NCBI RefSeq assembly: GCF_009914755.1
Contig: NC_060931.1
Length of the DNA: 64,000 nt
Source of the DNA: the human T2T-CHM13v2.0 reference genome, Homo sapiens
Strand: one strand, 5' to 3'
The notes below the pieces were generated by a model that was not told the origin of the DNA, ran no database searches, and saw only the letters and a program-made list of their open reading frames with translations. Position 1 is the first letter of the stretch. Each line of letters begins with the position of its first letter. A program made the position numbers and the translations under genes. Positions 34,418-53,210 of this stretch are shown one piece after another.

Positions 34418-34659
34418 ATTTAGAGATTGCTTGTCATATGCCAGGCACAAGGCAAGCAATTTATAAAGATTATTTATCCTTCACAATCCTGCAAGATAGA
34501 TATTTCAATTTTACAGGTGATAAAAGTAAGGCTTGGAGTAATTAAATAACATACTCCAGGTCATACAGTTGGTAAATGGGGAGCTGGGCCTTGGTCTTGT
34601 CTGACCACAAATATTTTTTTGTGTTGTTTTACCATGATAGAACATTATCCATTAAAAAA

Positions 34660-35115
34660 TTTATTTTTTATTTTTTATTTTTAGAGATGGGGTCTTGCTT
34701 TGTTGCCCAGGCTAATGTCAAACTCTGGGCCTCAGGGAGGCCAGGTGCGGTGGCTCATGCCTGTAATCCCAACATTTTGGGAGGCTGAGGCAGGTGGATC
34801 ACTTGAGGCCAGGAGTTGGAGAACAGCCTGGCCAATGTGGCGAAATCCCATCTCTACTAAAAATATAAAAATTAGCCAGTTGTGGTAGCATATGCCTGTG
34901 ATCCCAGCTACTCTGGAGGCTGAGGTAGGAGGATCACTTGAACCTGGGATGCAGAGGTTTCAGTGAGCTGAGATCGCACCACTGCACTCCAGCCTGGGCG
35001 ACAGAGTGAGACTGTCTCAAAAAAAGCAAAACAAAAACTCTGGGCCTCAGGCAGTCCTCTTGCCTTGATCTCCCAAAGTGCTGAGATTGCAGGTGTGAGC
35101 CACTGCACCTGGCCT
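34660..35115. mobile_element. Minus-strand Alu monomer interrupted by a plus-strand AluS (34739-35036)
   Basis: TSD aaactctgggcctcagg. Confidence 0.85.
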
Positions 35116-35298
35116 ATTATCCAAATTCTTAATGAAGAGCAACTGATAAAAACTTGGGACACCACATACCAAATACCAAACCAAGTCCTGAGAGAGCAGA
35201 GGACTATTAATGGAAAACAGAGCCAAGAGTCAGAGGCTGAGCAGAGTTAGAAGCAGAAGTAACCTGGAGAGGTTTCACACCGTGTGGTGGTGAGGCCT

Positions 35299-37953
<2,655 letters not shown>

Positions 37954-38513
37954 CCTTATGACATCAGCTTGCCTCCTCTGCAGGGGTTAAGCCTGGCCAG
38001 CTTAAGACAAAAAGGGAGAAATGGAGACTTAGCTGGTGAGGATAGAAATGAACTTTGCACTGACTGTTGAGAAACAAGGGACAGTAGGAACTAAAACAGT
38101 GAGGTTGATGGCCAAGGGTTTGAGTGGAGGAAAAGGAGGAGGGGATCTGGGTTCAGACCGCATGGGGAGTAAGAACTCTGATGTGAGTGGGCTACCTTGC
38201 TCCATCATCCCAGGACATGGTGAACCATAGAAAGAGGAGCAAAACCATGGTCAGGTACAGATCTGGTGAGAAGAGACGGTTATGAAAGTGGGACTGCAGA
38301 CACTAGTCATGGCTGGATGTTGCTTTTGTGCAGAGTCTGGTGTGGGCTCTACACCAAGCTGAACACCATCAAGAAAACCTGATAGCAACTACGACTCTTC
38401 CCCAGTGCCACTCCTTTATCTAATGAAGGAGTGCTATCTTCCAACACATTCTAGAAGTAGTACTTTGAAAATGACAACCCATTAGCAGATTGTGAAATAA
38501 ATTTAGTGGGTCA

Positions 38514-38870
<357 letters not shown>

Positions 38871-38960
38871 TCACACATAACAAGGGTAAGTATTATTAAG
38901 TGTGTGTGTACTGAATTGCAATGTAAAATGTATTTCTTATTATGTGTGATAAGAGAAAAG

Positions 38961-39108
38961 GGCTGAGCACAGTGGCTCACACCTATAATCTCAGCATTTT
39001 AGGAAGCTGAGGCAGGAGGATCACTTGAGCCCAGGAATTAGAGACCAGCCTGGGCAACATAGTGAGACCCCTGTCTCTAGAAAAATATTTAAAAATAGAA
39101 AAAAAAAA
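38961..39108 (+). mobile_element. Alu left monomer (FLAM-like)
   Basis: Monomer with A-tail. Confidence 0.8.
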
Positions 39109-41231
39109 GATAAAAACAAAAGTCACTGCTCTAGAGTAGTTTTCTTTGTAGATTTTCCTGTATCATCTAGCAATACCACTAAATTAGTGAAGGCACTATC
39201 ACTCCATGCTTTCCCAATTGTCTGCTAGGAATTAGTAAATCCTCACCCACACTATAGGATGGACCGTCTCAATTAGTGAAAAGCTTGAATTAAATTATAC
39301 TACTTTAAAAGAACTTCAGGTTTATTATTTTCAAATACAAAAAGTGGAAGCAAGCTAACCAACTGTTGCCTGGTACACAGGGGTGGGTTTTGGCTTGGTG
39401 AATAGACAAGAGTTATTTGTAATTGACATTTCAAAGAAGCCTAAGAAACAGGCCAGCCTTTGTTTAAATCATAATTACCCTGTTTGTATGTAAAAGAATA
39501 CTTCTAAAGCTTTTCAAAACAACTGGTTCTTTTAAGCAGATAATTATTCCCCTTCCAATCTTGTTTACACTACTATTCAGAACTTCAGTGAACTTTTTTT
39601 TTCATAGATAGTACAAAGGTTAACTTCAGCAAACCCTTCCTCAAATTATCACAAATTCCCAATTAGTGGATTCTAAACAGGGTTTCCTTGTAACAATATG
39701 CCGAAGACTTGCATGATGTGTTTTTTATTGCTTTGAATAACATCTGACAAGTTTCCAAGTACCAGGCCACCTGGATATTCTCTATCTGTCAGGAAAAGAT
39801 AGAGGTCAAAGAGGTGGGTGGGAGGGTGGGGGAAATATAAATCAGGCCCATACATTCCTATACTATTAGAGGAAGACAAAAGGAAGAAAATGCTTTTTTC
39901 CCCCCCAAATATCTATTACATACCAACTGAATCTTAAATAATAGGCACTTTTTGGTGTAAAGAAGAGTTGCACTTACCATCTAAATTTAACAAAACCTCA
40001 GATGAAAATAGAAAGCTGACCTTTTTTGTATGTAGACTGGCAGTTATTGGAGAGGCCCAGGGAAGTTGGCAAGAGAAAGATGCATTATAAATAAATTATA
40101 CTTGTCCTTTCTCGTTATTTCTTATTGCAAATTTCCACTCAGTGCACAAAGGGATAATGCATGAAATCCTTTTTTTAAACAAAAATTTTATGATCCTGAG
40201 CAATACTGTTTTCCAGTTCTTTCATCTTCTGAGCTCGGCCTTTTTCACAAGCTGTTCCTCAAGCCGCCTTATTGCAGGGGCCTGTTGTCTCTAATTGTCT
40301 TTGTTTATTAGGGCCCTCTGTCACCATGAAGTTTCACGTGTTCAAATCTTGATTTAGCAGTGAGAACACCAGGCTGAGAGCTAACTCTGCTACTAATTAG
40401 TGTAAATCACAAAAGGAGAAGTGGAGAGATAAAAACCAGGTCCTAGTGGAAGGGTCTACAGCCAGGGTTAGTAAGACTGACTGGCAGGTCAGAGGATTGA
40501 GGAAGAGACGAAAGGGCTTGGAGAAATGCCACTTAGGGTCAGCGTCTTTTTGTCTCTTTTCTCTGATTGTACCCCTTCAGATACAGAAAGGGTCTGAAGT
40601 AGCCTATGTTGATTCTTTTCCTTTCTTCCATTTTGTTCCATTGTTCCTGCTCTCTTACATGATTTACGGTTAAGTTCTGATTGGTCTAAGCCAAGCCTGG
40701 TGGTGCCATTCTCCTGGTCCATGAGTGGCTCAAGGGTGGGCATGTAATCTCATTCTGGGAAGGGAAGTTTGCTGGGGGGAGCATTCAGAGAAAAAAGTTT
40801 GTTCAGTCTTTCTTTAAAAAGACATGTGGAGAAGAGAAATAGTCCTTTTTCTTTTGGTGGTTGCTAGCAAGTCTGCACGTGATGACTGGAACTGTGTGAC
40901 AGCCAGCTCGTGTCCATAGGGGCATTCGCCTGAGTATGACAGTGTGGAAATATGGAAAAGACTAGGTCCTGAGCTGCTGAATTAACAAATTCTGGAAACA
41001 TCCTACTTTTAGATTTGTTGCTAGGCAAAATAATCCCTATTGTAAGTTGGTTTTTCTGTGACTTGCAGTTGATACAGGGTCTTAGTCATCTTCTTATGTT
41101 CTATAATTTCTAGAGCAGCTTCTTTTGCCTGGAAGGTGCTCTATGATGCCTAAATTGTTAAAGAAAAAAGTATGCGTGCTTCTTTGATGGGGGGGCCCAT
41201 GGCTTTGCGTGTGTGGTGATTATGATCGTAT

Positions 41232-42620
41232 TGAGAGGTGACAGCGTGCTGGCAGTCCTCAGAGCCCTCGCTTTCTCTCGGCACCTCCTCTGCCTGGGCT
41301 CCCACTTTGGCGGCATTTGAGGAGCCCTTCAGCCCACCACTGCCCTGTGGGAGCCCCTTTCTGGGCTGGCCACGGCTGGAGCCCACTCCCTCAACTTGCA
41401 GGTAGGTGTGGAGGGAGAGGCGCGAGCGGGAACCGGGGCTGCGTGCGGCGCTTGCAGGCCAGCTGGAGTTCCGGGTGGGCGTGGGCTTGGCGGGCCCTGC
41501 ACTCGGAGCAGCCGGCCGGCCCTGCCGGCTCTGGGCAATGAGAGACTTAGCACCTGGGCCAGTGGCTGCGGAGGGTGTACTGGGTCCCCCAGCAGTGCCA
41601 GCCCACCGGTGCTGCGCTCGATTTCTCACCGAGCCTTAGCTGCCTCCCGGCGGGGCAGGGCTCGGGACCTGCAGCCCGCCATGCCTGAGCCTCCCACCCA
41701 CTCCATGGTCTCCTGTGCAGCCCGAGCCTCCCCAACGAGCACCACCCCCTGCTCCACGGCGCCCAGTCCCATCGACCACCCAAGGGCTGAGGAGTGCGAG
41801 CGCACGGCGCGGGACTAGCAGGCAGCTCCACCTGCAGCCCCTGTGCGGGATCCACTAGGTGAAGCCAGCTGGGCTCCTGAGTCTGGTGGGGACGTGGAGA
41901 GTCTTTACGTCTAGCTCAGGGATTGTAAATACACCAATCAGCACCCTGTGTTTAGCTCAAGGTTTGTGAGTGCACCAATCAACACTCTGTATCTAGCTGC
42001 TCTGGTGGGGCTTTGGAGAACCTGTGTGTGGAAACTCTGTATCTAACTAATCTGATGGGGACGTGGAGAACCTTTGTATCTAGCTCAGGGATTGTAAACG
42101 CACCAATCAGTGCCCTGACAAAACAGGCCACTCGGCTCTACCAATCAGCAGGATGTGGGTGGGGCCAGATAAGACAATAAAAGCAGGCTGCCAGAGCCAG
42201 CAGTGGCAACACGCTTGGGTACCCTTCCACACTGTGGAAGTTTTGTTCTTTTGCTCTTTGTGATAAATCTTGCTACTGCTCACTCTTCGGATCCACACTG
42301 CTTTTATGAGCTGTAACACTCACCATGAAGATCTGCAGCTTCTGTCCTGAAGCCAGCGAGCCCATGAGCCCACCAGAAGGAACGAACAACTCCAGACGCG
42401 CTGCCTTGAGAGCTGTAACACTCATCGGGAAGGTCTGCAGCTTCACTCCTGAGACAGCGAGACCACGAACCCACCAGAAGGAAGAAACTCCTAACACATC
42501 CGAACATCAGAAGGAACAGACTCCAGACGTGCCACCTTAAGAGCTGTAACACTCACCACGAGGATCCGCGGCTTCATTCTTGAAGTCAGTGAGACCAAGA
42601 ACCCACCAATTCCGGACACT
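41232..42620 (+). mobile_element. Solo LTR12C (ERV9 LTR)
   Basis: Starts tgagaggtgacagcgtgctggcagtcctc, ends aacccaccaattccggacac; CCAAT-containing tandem repeats; 4-bp TSD gtat. Confidence 0.92.
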
Positions 42621-43955
42621 GTATTAGTCCGTTCTCGCGCTGCTATTAAAGAAATACCTGAGACTGGGTAATTTATAAAGAAAAGAGGTTTAATTGGCTC
42701 ACAGTTCTGCTGGCTATACAGGAAGCATGGCTGAGGAGGCCTCAGGAAACTTTCAATCATGGTGGAAGGCGAAGAGGAAGCAGGAACGTCTTACATGCCT
42801 GGAGCAGGAGAAAGAGAGTGAAGTGGGAGGTGCTACATACTTTTAAACAACCTGATCTTGTGAGAACTCACTGTCATGAGAACAGCAAGGAGGAAATACA
42901 CCCCCACGATCCAATTGAAGTAGGATATTTCCCTGACTCCTTTGCAGGACTCATGAAGGGGGTGCCCTGTTTACTCAGCCCACAGCTCCCAACTCCTTGT
43001 GGAAGGGAGTGCATGGGTGAACGAGACAGGAACTGGAGAACATGAGCACTGGAGTCAGCTGGCTACTCTGGTGCCAGCAGGAGTGAACTCCACTCAGACC
43101 CACTGAATTCTACCCCTTGCTGGAGGGGGTGTGCAGGTGAATGGGTGCAGGAGCTGGGGCAAGTGCTTTGGGGGGCCAGTAGGAGCCAACTTCTTGCTGG
43201 TCCCATGGCAGCGTCTATGGGGGTGCTTGCGACCCCTGAAGACCCAGAAGGTGTGTTACAGTGCTCTTTTAGCTCTGCCATCCATGGATGGCTGAAGTGT
43301 TATCAACTCAGAGGGCCCTCTGCCTTTTTGCATGAGGCGGCTGCCTTCCGCCAGTGAGAATAAAGGGTCAGTGTGACAGCCTTTTACGTCCTCACTCTTG
43401 GCTCCTGAATTCTTGTCCAGCATCCAGGAGAAACGAGGTCACATGAACAAATTGAAGGATGGTAAATGTGGGGAATTTTACTGCTGATGAAAGTGACTCT
43501 CAGTGAGAAGGGGAGCTGAATAAGGGATGGGGTGGGCAGGTAATTTTCCCCTGGAGTCTGGCCATCTCTGGCTGGATTCTTCTCTGAAATTACACTGTCA
43601 GACTGTCCCTCTGAAGTCAAGCTGCTTCTCTCCAACATCCAACCATAGTCTCTGAGGTACAGCTGCTTCTCAGGGATTTTTATGGGCACAGGATTTGGGG
43701 TAGGGCAGGCCATGGGTAGTTTTGGAAAATACAACTTTCAAGCAGGAAAATGGGAATGTAAGTTCTCACTTTGGGCTGCTGTTTCAGGCTGTTTGTCTTG
43801 AGGGTGGGGCCCTCACTGGGGACCTGCCCTTTTCTGCCCAGAATTTCCCTGCCTCCTGTCCCTATCACAATCACCTTCCATCAGGCCACTTCTCCAACAG
43901 TGGGGATTACAATTCAAAATGAGATTTGGATGGGGACACAGATCCAACCTATATC
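42621..43955 (-). mobile_element. MSTA/MSTB-like MaLR LTR, split by an ERV1 LTR
   Basis: gtattagtccgttctc...aaagaggtttaattggctcacagttc; resumes at 43872 through gagatttggatggggacacag. Confidence 0.8.
42916..43867 (-). mobile_element. ERV1 LTR of the MER52/LTR27/LTR28 group
   Basis: Minus strand starts tgatagggacaggaggcagggaaattctggg; TG..CA ends; TSD caat at 42912-42915 and 43868-43871. Confidence 0.75.
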
Positions 43956-44309
43956 GATGCCGAGAGCTATTAATAGCTGAGGGAAGGTTTTTGTAAATGT
44001 TTTGGACTTTTTCATGTTGCCTGTCTCCTCCCTTTTCTTTTCCAGGAGCCACCACTTCTTCCAGTTCTCATGAATGTTGACACAGTGTGATGCTGCTCTC
44101 TACCACCTCACCTTCACCTTGACCAAGCATAGACTGCAGTAGGACTCTCTTCCAATCTGAGATGCTTCCTGAGAAGTTGGAATTGGGACCAGGAAAGAGA
44201 TCAGTCTCTGGGTGACTGCAACTAGAACAGGTTTTCAGGCTCTACATTTCCCTCCATGTAGATTGGGAAACAGAAAAAGCAGATTATTACTGAAAGAAAA
44301 AAAGAAACA

Positions 44310-45374
<1,065 letters not shown>

Positions 45375-45545
45375 GTTCTGATGTTTTTCAAATCCCTGAT
45401 TCTAGGTCATTTCTAAGGCCCATCTGTTTACACACTCATAGGCACCATGACACTTTGCTAGCAGATTTTTATAATAAACCCCCCTTTTCACTTATGCTAG
45501 TTCAAGTGGGATTGTATTACTAGAAACCAAAAAAATCCTTAAGGT

Positions 45546-46133
45546 AGTGGTGTGCTGGTAAATGTTTAACAATTGGCTCTGATTGTTAACAGCCCTGATT
45601 TTACAACACCTGTTGATTTCCATAATATAAATACTCCCACTATCACTTCTCTCAAGTGGCAGCATGAAGGTGGAGTTGGGCTGAGACAACTGTGGAGTCC
45701 TGATAAGTGAGCCACAGTGAGGAAGGGGCCCCAGGTGGAGGAGGGCCCCAGGTGGAGAAGAACAATGAACAATTTTTCTGAGAGACAGCTAATCACAAAC
45801 AACCCCCAGGCACAATGACCTCCATGGACACAGCTACCTCTTCTGTTCGTAGTCCCAGCAGCACGACCTTGTTCCGCATGTAGCCCCTTCCATCATGACC
45901 CTATAAAACTTCCCTTTAGTCCGCCTCTTTGCAGACAGCCCCTTCTCTGCTGTGCTGCCTGTTGCAACCTTGAAGCATGTTTTCATACCTTCTGTAATCT
46001 GCCTTTCTTTACCTAAAACTGTCTAGGTAAATTCCTTTACCACCTGTGCCACTGGCCCCAAATAGTCGCTACCCGCTGCAACAAGCACATTGGTTTTGGT
46101 GAGCTGGTGGGAGGTGGCTCTAGCACACCACTG
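45546..46133 (-). mobile_element. MER63-type hAT element with an ERV1 LTR (MER50-like, about 45690-46083) inserted
   Basis: Terminal inverted repeats tagtggtgtgctgg ... ctagcacaccactg; inner tgtggagtcctgataagt...gcaaca. Confidence 0.65.
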
Positions 46134-46174
46134 GCTAAAGAACACAACACATAACCCATATTAAATACTAATTA

Positions 46175-47381
<1,207 letters not shown>

Positions 47382-47848
47382 ACACACTTCTCAGTTATAT
47401 AGGAGGTTCAGGGACGTATACTGATGGTTGCTAAGTTAGGAATTCTGGTCTACTAATCTTTTAATTAGTTTCAAATGTGCAGAGACTTGGGGCTCAGGGA
47501 GTAGAAGAAATAAGACTAAGCTCTTAAATCATATTGAAAAAATACTTTTGTTGTATAATAATGCTTTTATGTGTATTGGGAATGGGAGGGAGGTAAGGGG
47601 CTGAGGAAGGAAAACTAGCTGTAAATGCAACTGGGAAGATGTGGAAGAAGGTGGCCTCTGCGAAGGAAGTCTCCAGACCTTGACTAAAAGGACAGGATTA
47701 CCTTCTTCAGGTGAGGAGCAGCCTTCCAGGCTACCTGAAACCCCCAGCTACCAAACAAAACACTAACTCAGTTCACTGGGCCATCTCATGTTAGATCTCC
47801 TGACCTGCTTTGCTTTTGTCTGAAGTTCCTTTAAGGACAGAAAACCCT

Positions 47849-48154
47849 TTTTTCTTTTTCTTTTCTTTTCTTTTTTTTTTTTTGAGACCGTCTTGCTCTG
47901 TCGCCCAGGCTGGAGTGCAGTGGCCCAAACTTCCCTCTCTGCAGCCTCCTGGATTCAAGTGATTCTCATGCCTCGGTCTGCCAAGTAGCTGGGATTACAG
48001 GCATGCATGACACCCGGCTAATTTTTGTATTTTTAGTAGAGATGAGGTTTCACCATGTTGACCAGGCTGATCTCAAACTCCTGACCTCAAGTGATCTTCC
48101 TGCCTTGGCCTCTCAAAGTGCTGGGATTACAGATGTGAGCCACTGCACCCAGCC
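47849..48154 (-). mobile_element. Alu (AluS)
   Basis: TSD agaaaacc(c)tttt. Confidence 0.88.
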
Positions 48155-48999
48155 AGAAAACCTTTTGTTACACAATTAAAGACAAGGTATAGAATGCATA
48201 TTCAGAATGGGAGTAATATTTTTATTGTGAATGAAGGCAAATAATCAATTATTAGCAAGGCTCACGTGGCTGGCAGCAGATCCTTCCCTTCTTTGATGAG
48301 GGGAGATTGGAAGGGGTAGAGAAGGATGGTGTCAAGGTCTGCAGGGAGCGTCTTCTAGGCTGGCCAGCTGCACACACACTTGGTTCTCTGCCTCAATAAA
48401 GACACCAAATCTTCAAATAAATTCTTAAAGCCCTCTTCAATTTTAAGACCAAGCTTTTAGGTTGGTCTTTCTAACCAACCTCTAACATTTTCTATGGCTT
48501 TCTCAGGAAAGCTGCTTTCATGGTTCAGACCCCTGTTGTAGCATTGATCTCATTTTATGCAATTGACTGACAGCAGTCTCTCCTCTCGTCAGTGTGGTGT
48601 TCAAATAGAGTTTTTGGACATTATACACCGACACCACTAAACCCCCCAGAATTTTGATTTTTGTACTTGAGCTCATGAATGAACATTTCAAATGGCTGCA
48701 TTGTTTAGTTCCAAAAGCACCAATATCTCTGTGCATTGGTATTTGAACATGATTTGAATATATATACATGGAAAAAGAATGTGTTGATGTTAGTTATAAG
48801 AAGAGTAAGTCCTAAACATAGTTCAGTTGGGACAAAGCTGGAAATCATTAGACATGCTGGAAGGGGTGCATTTTAACAATGATCACATATTTGGGTGGGC
48901 TTAGGCCTGTTGATTCTGTTTGTGAAAAAAAAAAGTTAAAGAGCACATATAAAATGCTGAAAAATATATTCCTGAAGAGTATATCTGAAAGGTGACATG

Positions 49000-50160
49000 A
49001 ACTAATTCCTCATATAAAAATTAATTCCAGATGGAACAAAATTGAGAGATAAAACAAGGAAACCATAACAGTACTAGAAAAAAAGCACTAGAAAAATTTT
49101 CTTAATCTCACTCAAAAGTAGGAAAGACTTTTCCAAGCATAATATAAATAAAATCCAGAAGCCTTAAAGGAAAAGACTGATATTTGCACTGCATAAAAAT
49201 ATTTAAACTTCTGTAGCACAATAGAAAAAAAACAACTCAGTAAATAAAAAGTTGAAAAAAATGTTGGAACACAAGCCTTCATTTTCCTTATATATAAAGA
49301 GCTTTAAAAATAAGATGAAGTGCCTGTAGTCCTGGCTACCTGAGAGAATTAGGCAAACGATCATTTGAGCCTAGGACACAGAGGCTGCAGTGAGCTATGA
49401 TTGTGCCACTGCACTGCAGCCTGGATGACAGAGTGACACCCCATCTCAATAAGATAAAGCCACATAACTTAGTAGAAAAATGGTCAGAATATATGAATAG
49501 AAAGTTCATGGAAGAGGAATTCCAAATAACTAATAAATACATGAAAAATGGTCAACTTTACAAATAAATATAAAATAATGAAATATTTTTCTTATTTTAG
49601 ATTGGCATAGATCCAATTTTTGATGATACCAGTATCAGGAAGATGTCCTCTCAAAAGCATTGCTGGTAGGAAAGAAAATTGTTATAATTTCTTTGGAAGG
49701 CAGTCTAGGAATACTAAAAATGTTCACACACTCTGTGACCCAGCAATTCCACTATTCAGAATTTGTCCACCATGCCGGCGTGGTGGCTCATGCCTGTAAT
49801 CCCAGCATTTTGGGAGGCCGAGGTGGGCAGATCACTTGAGGTCAGGAGTTTGAGACCAGTCTGGCCAATGTAATGAATCCTCATCTCTAACAAAAGCAAA
49901 AATACAAAAATTAGCCAGGTGTGGTGGTGGGTGCCTGTAATCTCAGCTATTTAGGAGGCTGAGGCAGGAGAATTGCTTGAGTCAAGGAGGTGGAGGTTGC
50001 AGTAAGCCAAGATCGCACCACTGCACTCCAGCCTGCACCAACAGAGTGAGACTCCATCTCAAAAAAAAAAAAAAAAGAATTTGTCCAACAGAAATATCCT
50101 TTTAGTAGCATACACAAAAAATTAGATACACAGCTAAGGACATTCACTATAGTATTGTCT
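49000..50160 (+). mobile_element. Old L1 (L1ME-like) remnant with Alu monomer (49320-49450) and AluS (49773-50076)
   Basis: tgacccagcaattccactattcagaattt and A-rich ORF2-like remnants; Alu TSD agaatttgtcca. Confidence 0.65.
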
Positions 50161-50707
50161 GTGCTTAGGTTTCCAGATTCTGAGTCTGTTTTTCAAAACT
50201 GACATTTGTGTTATGTTGTTTTCTGATTAGAAGCACCCATGTGCATTGTAAGAAATTCAAATAAAATGGTTATGTTAAATTAGAAAGAAAATTCCACCCC
50301 CAAATATAATTACTACTAACAGTTTAATGCATATTATTTCCGGACCATTTTTGTACATAAATACATGCAGTAATATGAATTTAAGCTTTCCAAATCTTAT
50401 AACTAGATTCAGATAAATATTTTGAGATACAATTTATCCTCATCCAAATGCTCACTATGTGCTATTTAAAACGTATAAGCTGAATACATTGCAAAAACTA
50501 ATATCCTTCACTATCTGAATTCAGTTCTCAAACTTTATCTCTTGGTGTCTCAATTTAGAAATAGATTTGAGATCCAAGGATAACTGGATAAATATTTTTT
50601 CTTCTACAAAAGTTAAACTGTAACATACACTATTCAACAGCTTGCCTTTTTTTCCTTACAAATATATTTTATACATCATTCAATGTTAGTTCATAAAGAT
50701 CTATCTC

Positions 50708-51012
50708 AGCTGGGCATTGTGGTTGATGCCTGTAATTCCAGCACTTTTTTGGGAGGCCAAGGCAGGAGGATTGGTTGAGTCCAGGAGTTTGAGACTAGCC
50801 TGGGTAACATGGCAATACCCCATCTCTACAAAAAATACAAAAATTAGCTGGGTGTGATGATGCACGCCTGTAGTCCCAAGTATTTGGGAGGCTGAGGCAG
50901 GAGGATCACTTGAGCCCAGGAGTTGGAGGCTGCAGTGAGTTATGATCAACATCACTGCATTCCAGCCTGGATAACAGAGTGAAGCCCTGTCTCTAAAAAC
51001 AAAAGTAAAAAA
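50708..51012 (+). mobile_element. Alu (AluJ-like)
   Basis: Dimer, TSD aaagatctatc. Confidence 0.88.
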
Positions 51013-51252
51013 GATCTATCGCGTTTCTTTTTAATGGCTGCATAGTACCATTGTACAGCTATAACATAATTTAACTGGTTTCTTATTGATGATAATTTAT
51101 TGGTAGCCTAAGTATATGTATTGACATGGAAAGGTGTCCAAATATTTTTAAGTTAAAAAGTAAATTGGACCATATGTATAGTCTATTTTAAAAGGATAAG
51201 CTGGTTAATATATACACAGAAAAAAATTCTGGTGAAATATACTTCCAACTGC

Positions 51253-51322
51253 TATTTATCTATCTATCTACCTATCTATCTATCTATCTATCTCTCTATC
51301 TATCTATCATCTATCTATCTAT
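51253..51322. repeat. (TCTA)n microsatellite derived from an Alu tail
   Basis: Imperfect tatc/tcta array. Confidence 0.9.
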
Positions 51323-51605
51323 TTAGAGATGAAGTCTCACTCTGTCGCCCAGGCTGGAGTGCAGTGGCACGATCTGGGCTCACTGCAACCTCCACCTCCT
51401 GTGTTCAAGAAATTCTGTCTCAGTCTCTTGAGTAGCTGGGACTACAGGCGCACGCCACCACGCCAGGCTAATTTTTGTATTTTTAGTAGAGACAGGGTTT
51501 CACCATATTGGTTAGGCTGGTCTCGAACTCCTGACCTCAGGTGATCCACTAACCTAGGCCTCCCAAAGTGCTGGGATTGCAGGTGTGAGCCACCGTGCCC
51601 AGCCC
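51323..51605 (-). mobile_element. Alu (AluS)
   Basis: Reverse dimer, TSD ccaactgctat. Confidence 0.9.
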
Positions 51606-51755
51606 CAACTGCTATCATCAGAGGTACAGATTGAGACAGGAGAGGGGGACAATAATCATTTTTTGGGGGGTTATATTTTTCAGTGATGTTTGAATGGTTT
51701 TACTATGAAAATATTATTTTAGAAGCAGAAAAAAATAAAAGCACACAAAGGTACT

Positions 51756-52196
51756 GTCAAGGAACAATATTTCACCAAATAGAGCTTTAAAAATCTGATC
51801 GGCTTTTATTAGTGATTTATGAATTGGGCAGCATCTCATCTATGAAACAGAAAGGTGCTTTGGTGAGAGCCAAGCAGAGAGGGTTGGTTATGTAGGCAGA
51901 AAAAGGCTGAAAAGAGCAAAAACAAGGAGGAAAAAGTGCATTGATCATTTCAAAGTTACTTTCCTTATAGGGTTAAAGCAGAGGGGATTTTCATATCATG
52001 CCAACTCAGGTTGACTGGCCCCTTTGGATTAAATGCTGTGAATCTCTTGTTCTTTGGAAAACCAGCTGGTTTCTAAATTTAGTTTGATTATGTGGCACCT
52101 AGCATGAGTGACGCCATTCTGGTTTGGTCTGGTCTGTTGGGGCCTAGGGCAGGAGCTCAGTCCAAAACAAGGACCTCCCACAAATTTTATTTAACA
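51756..52196 (-). mobile_element. ERV1 MER4-group LTR (MER67-like)
   Basis: ggtctggtctgttggggcctag...agtccaaaaca is the reverse of the motif near 46187-46230. Confidence 0.6.
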
Positions 52197-52347
52197 GCAT
52201 ATACATGAATATTCTTTGTAAGATACTTTGAAATAGTGAAAAATTGAGTGCAGTAAATAAGGGATTGGTTAAATACAGTATACTCACATAGTGGAATACA
52301 ATTGAGCTCTCCCCAAAATACAGTGTAATCCCACACAGAGAAAAATA

Positions 52348-52683
<336 letters not shown>

Positions 52684-52806
52684 TTACTTTTACAGTTGAG
52701 ATAAAAGGTTATTATTTAATGCTGGTTGAAACTGGGAATTTTATGATTTTTGTCTAGCTCTTGAGAAGCAACTACCTCACCCTGTTATATCAGGTAAGTC
52801 TATTGT

Positions 52807-53112
<306 letters not shown>

Positions 53113-53210
53113 CTATTGTTTAATTTTTATGCATTAGGCTTTCCTATGCATTTCCAGGAACCTATTATGATACAAGTAGACTGTGCAGATATCATTTTTT
53201 TCCCTCTAGA

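Noticed and set aside
41150-42760. Overlapping GC-rich ORFs and CRISPR-like tandem repeats
   Set aside because: These are internal U3/U5 repeats of LTR12C; there are no unique spacers or cas genes, and the DNA is eukaryotic.
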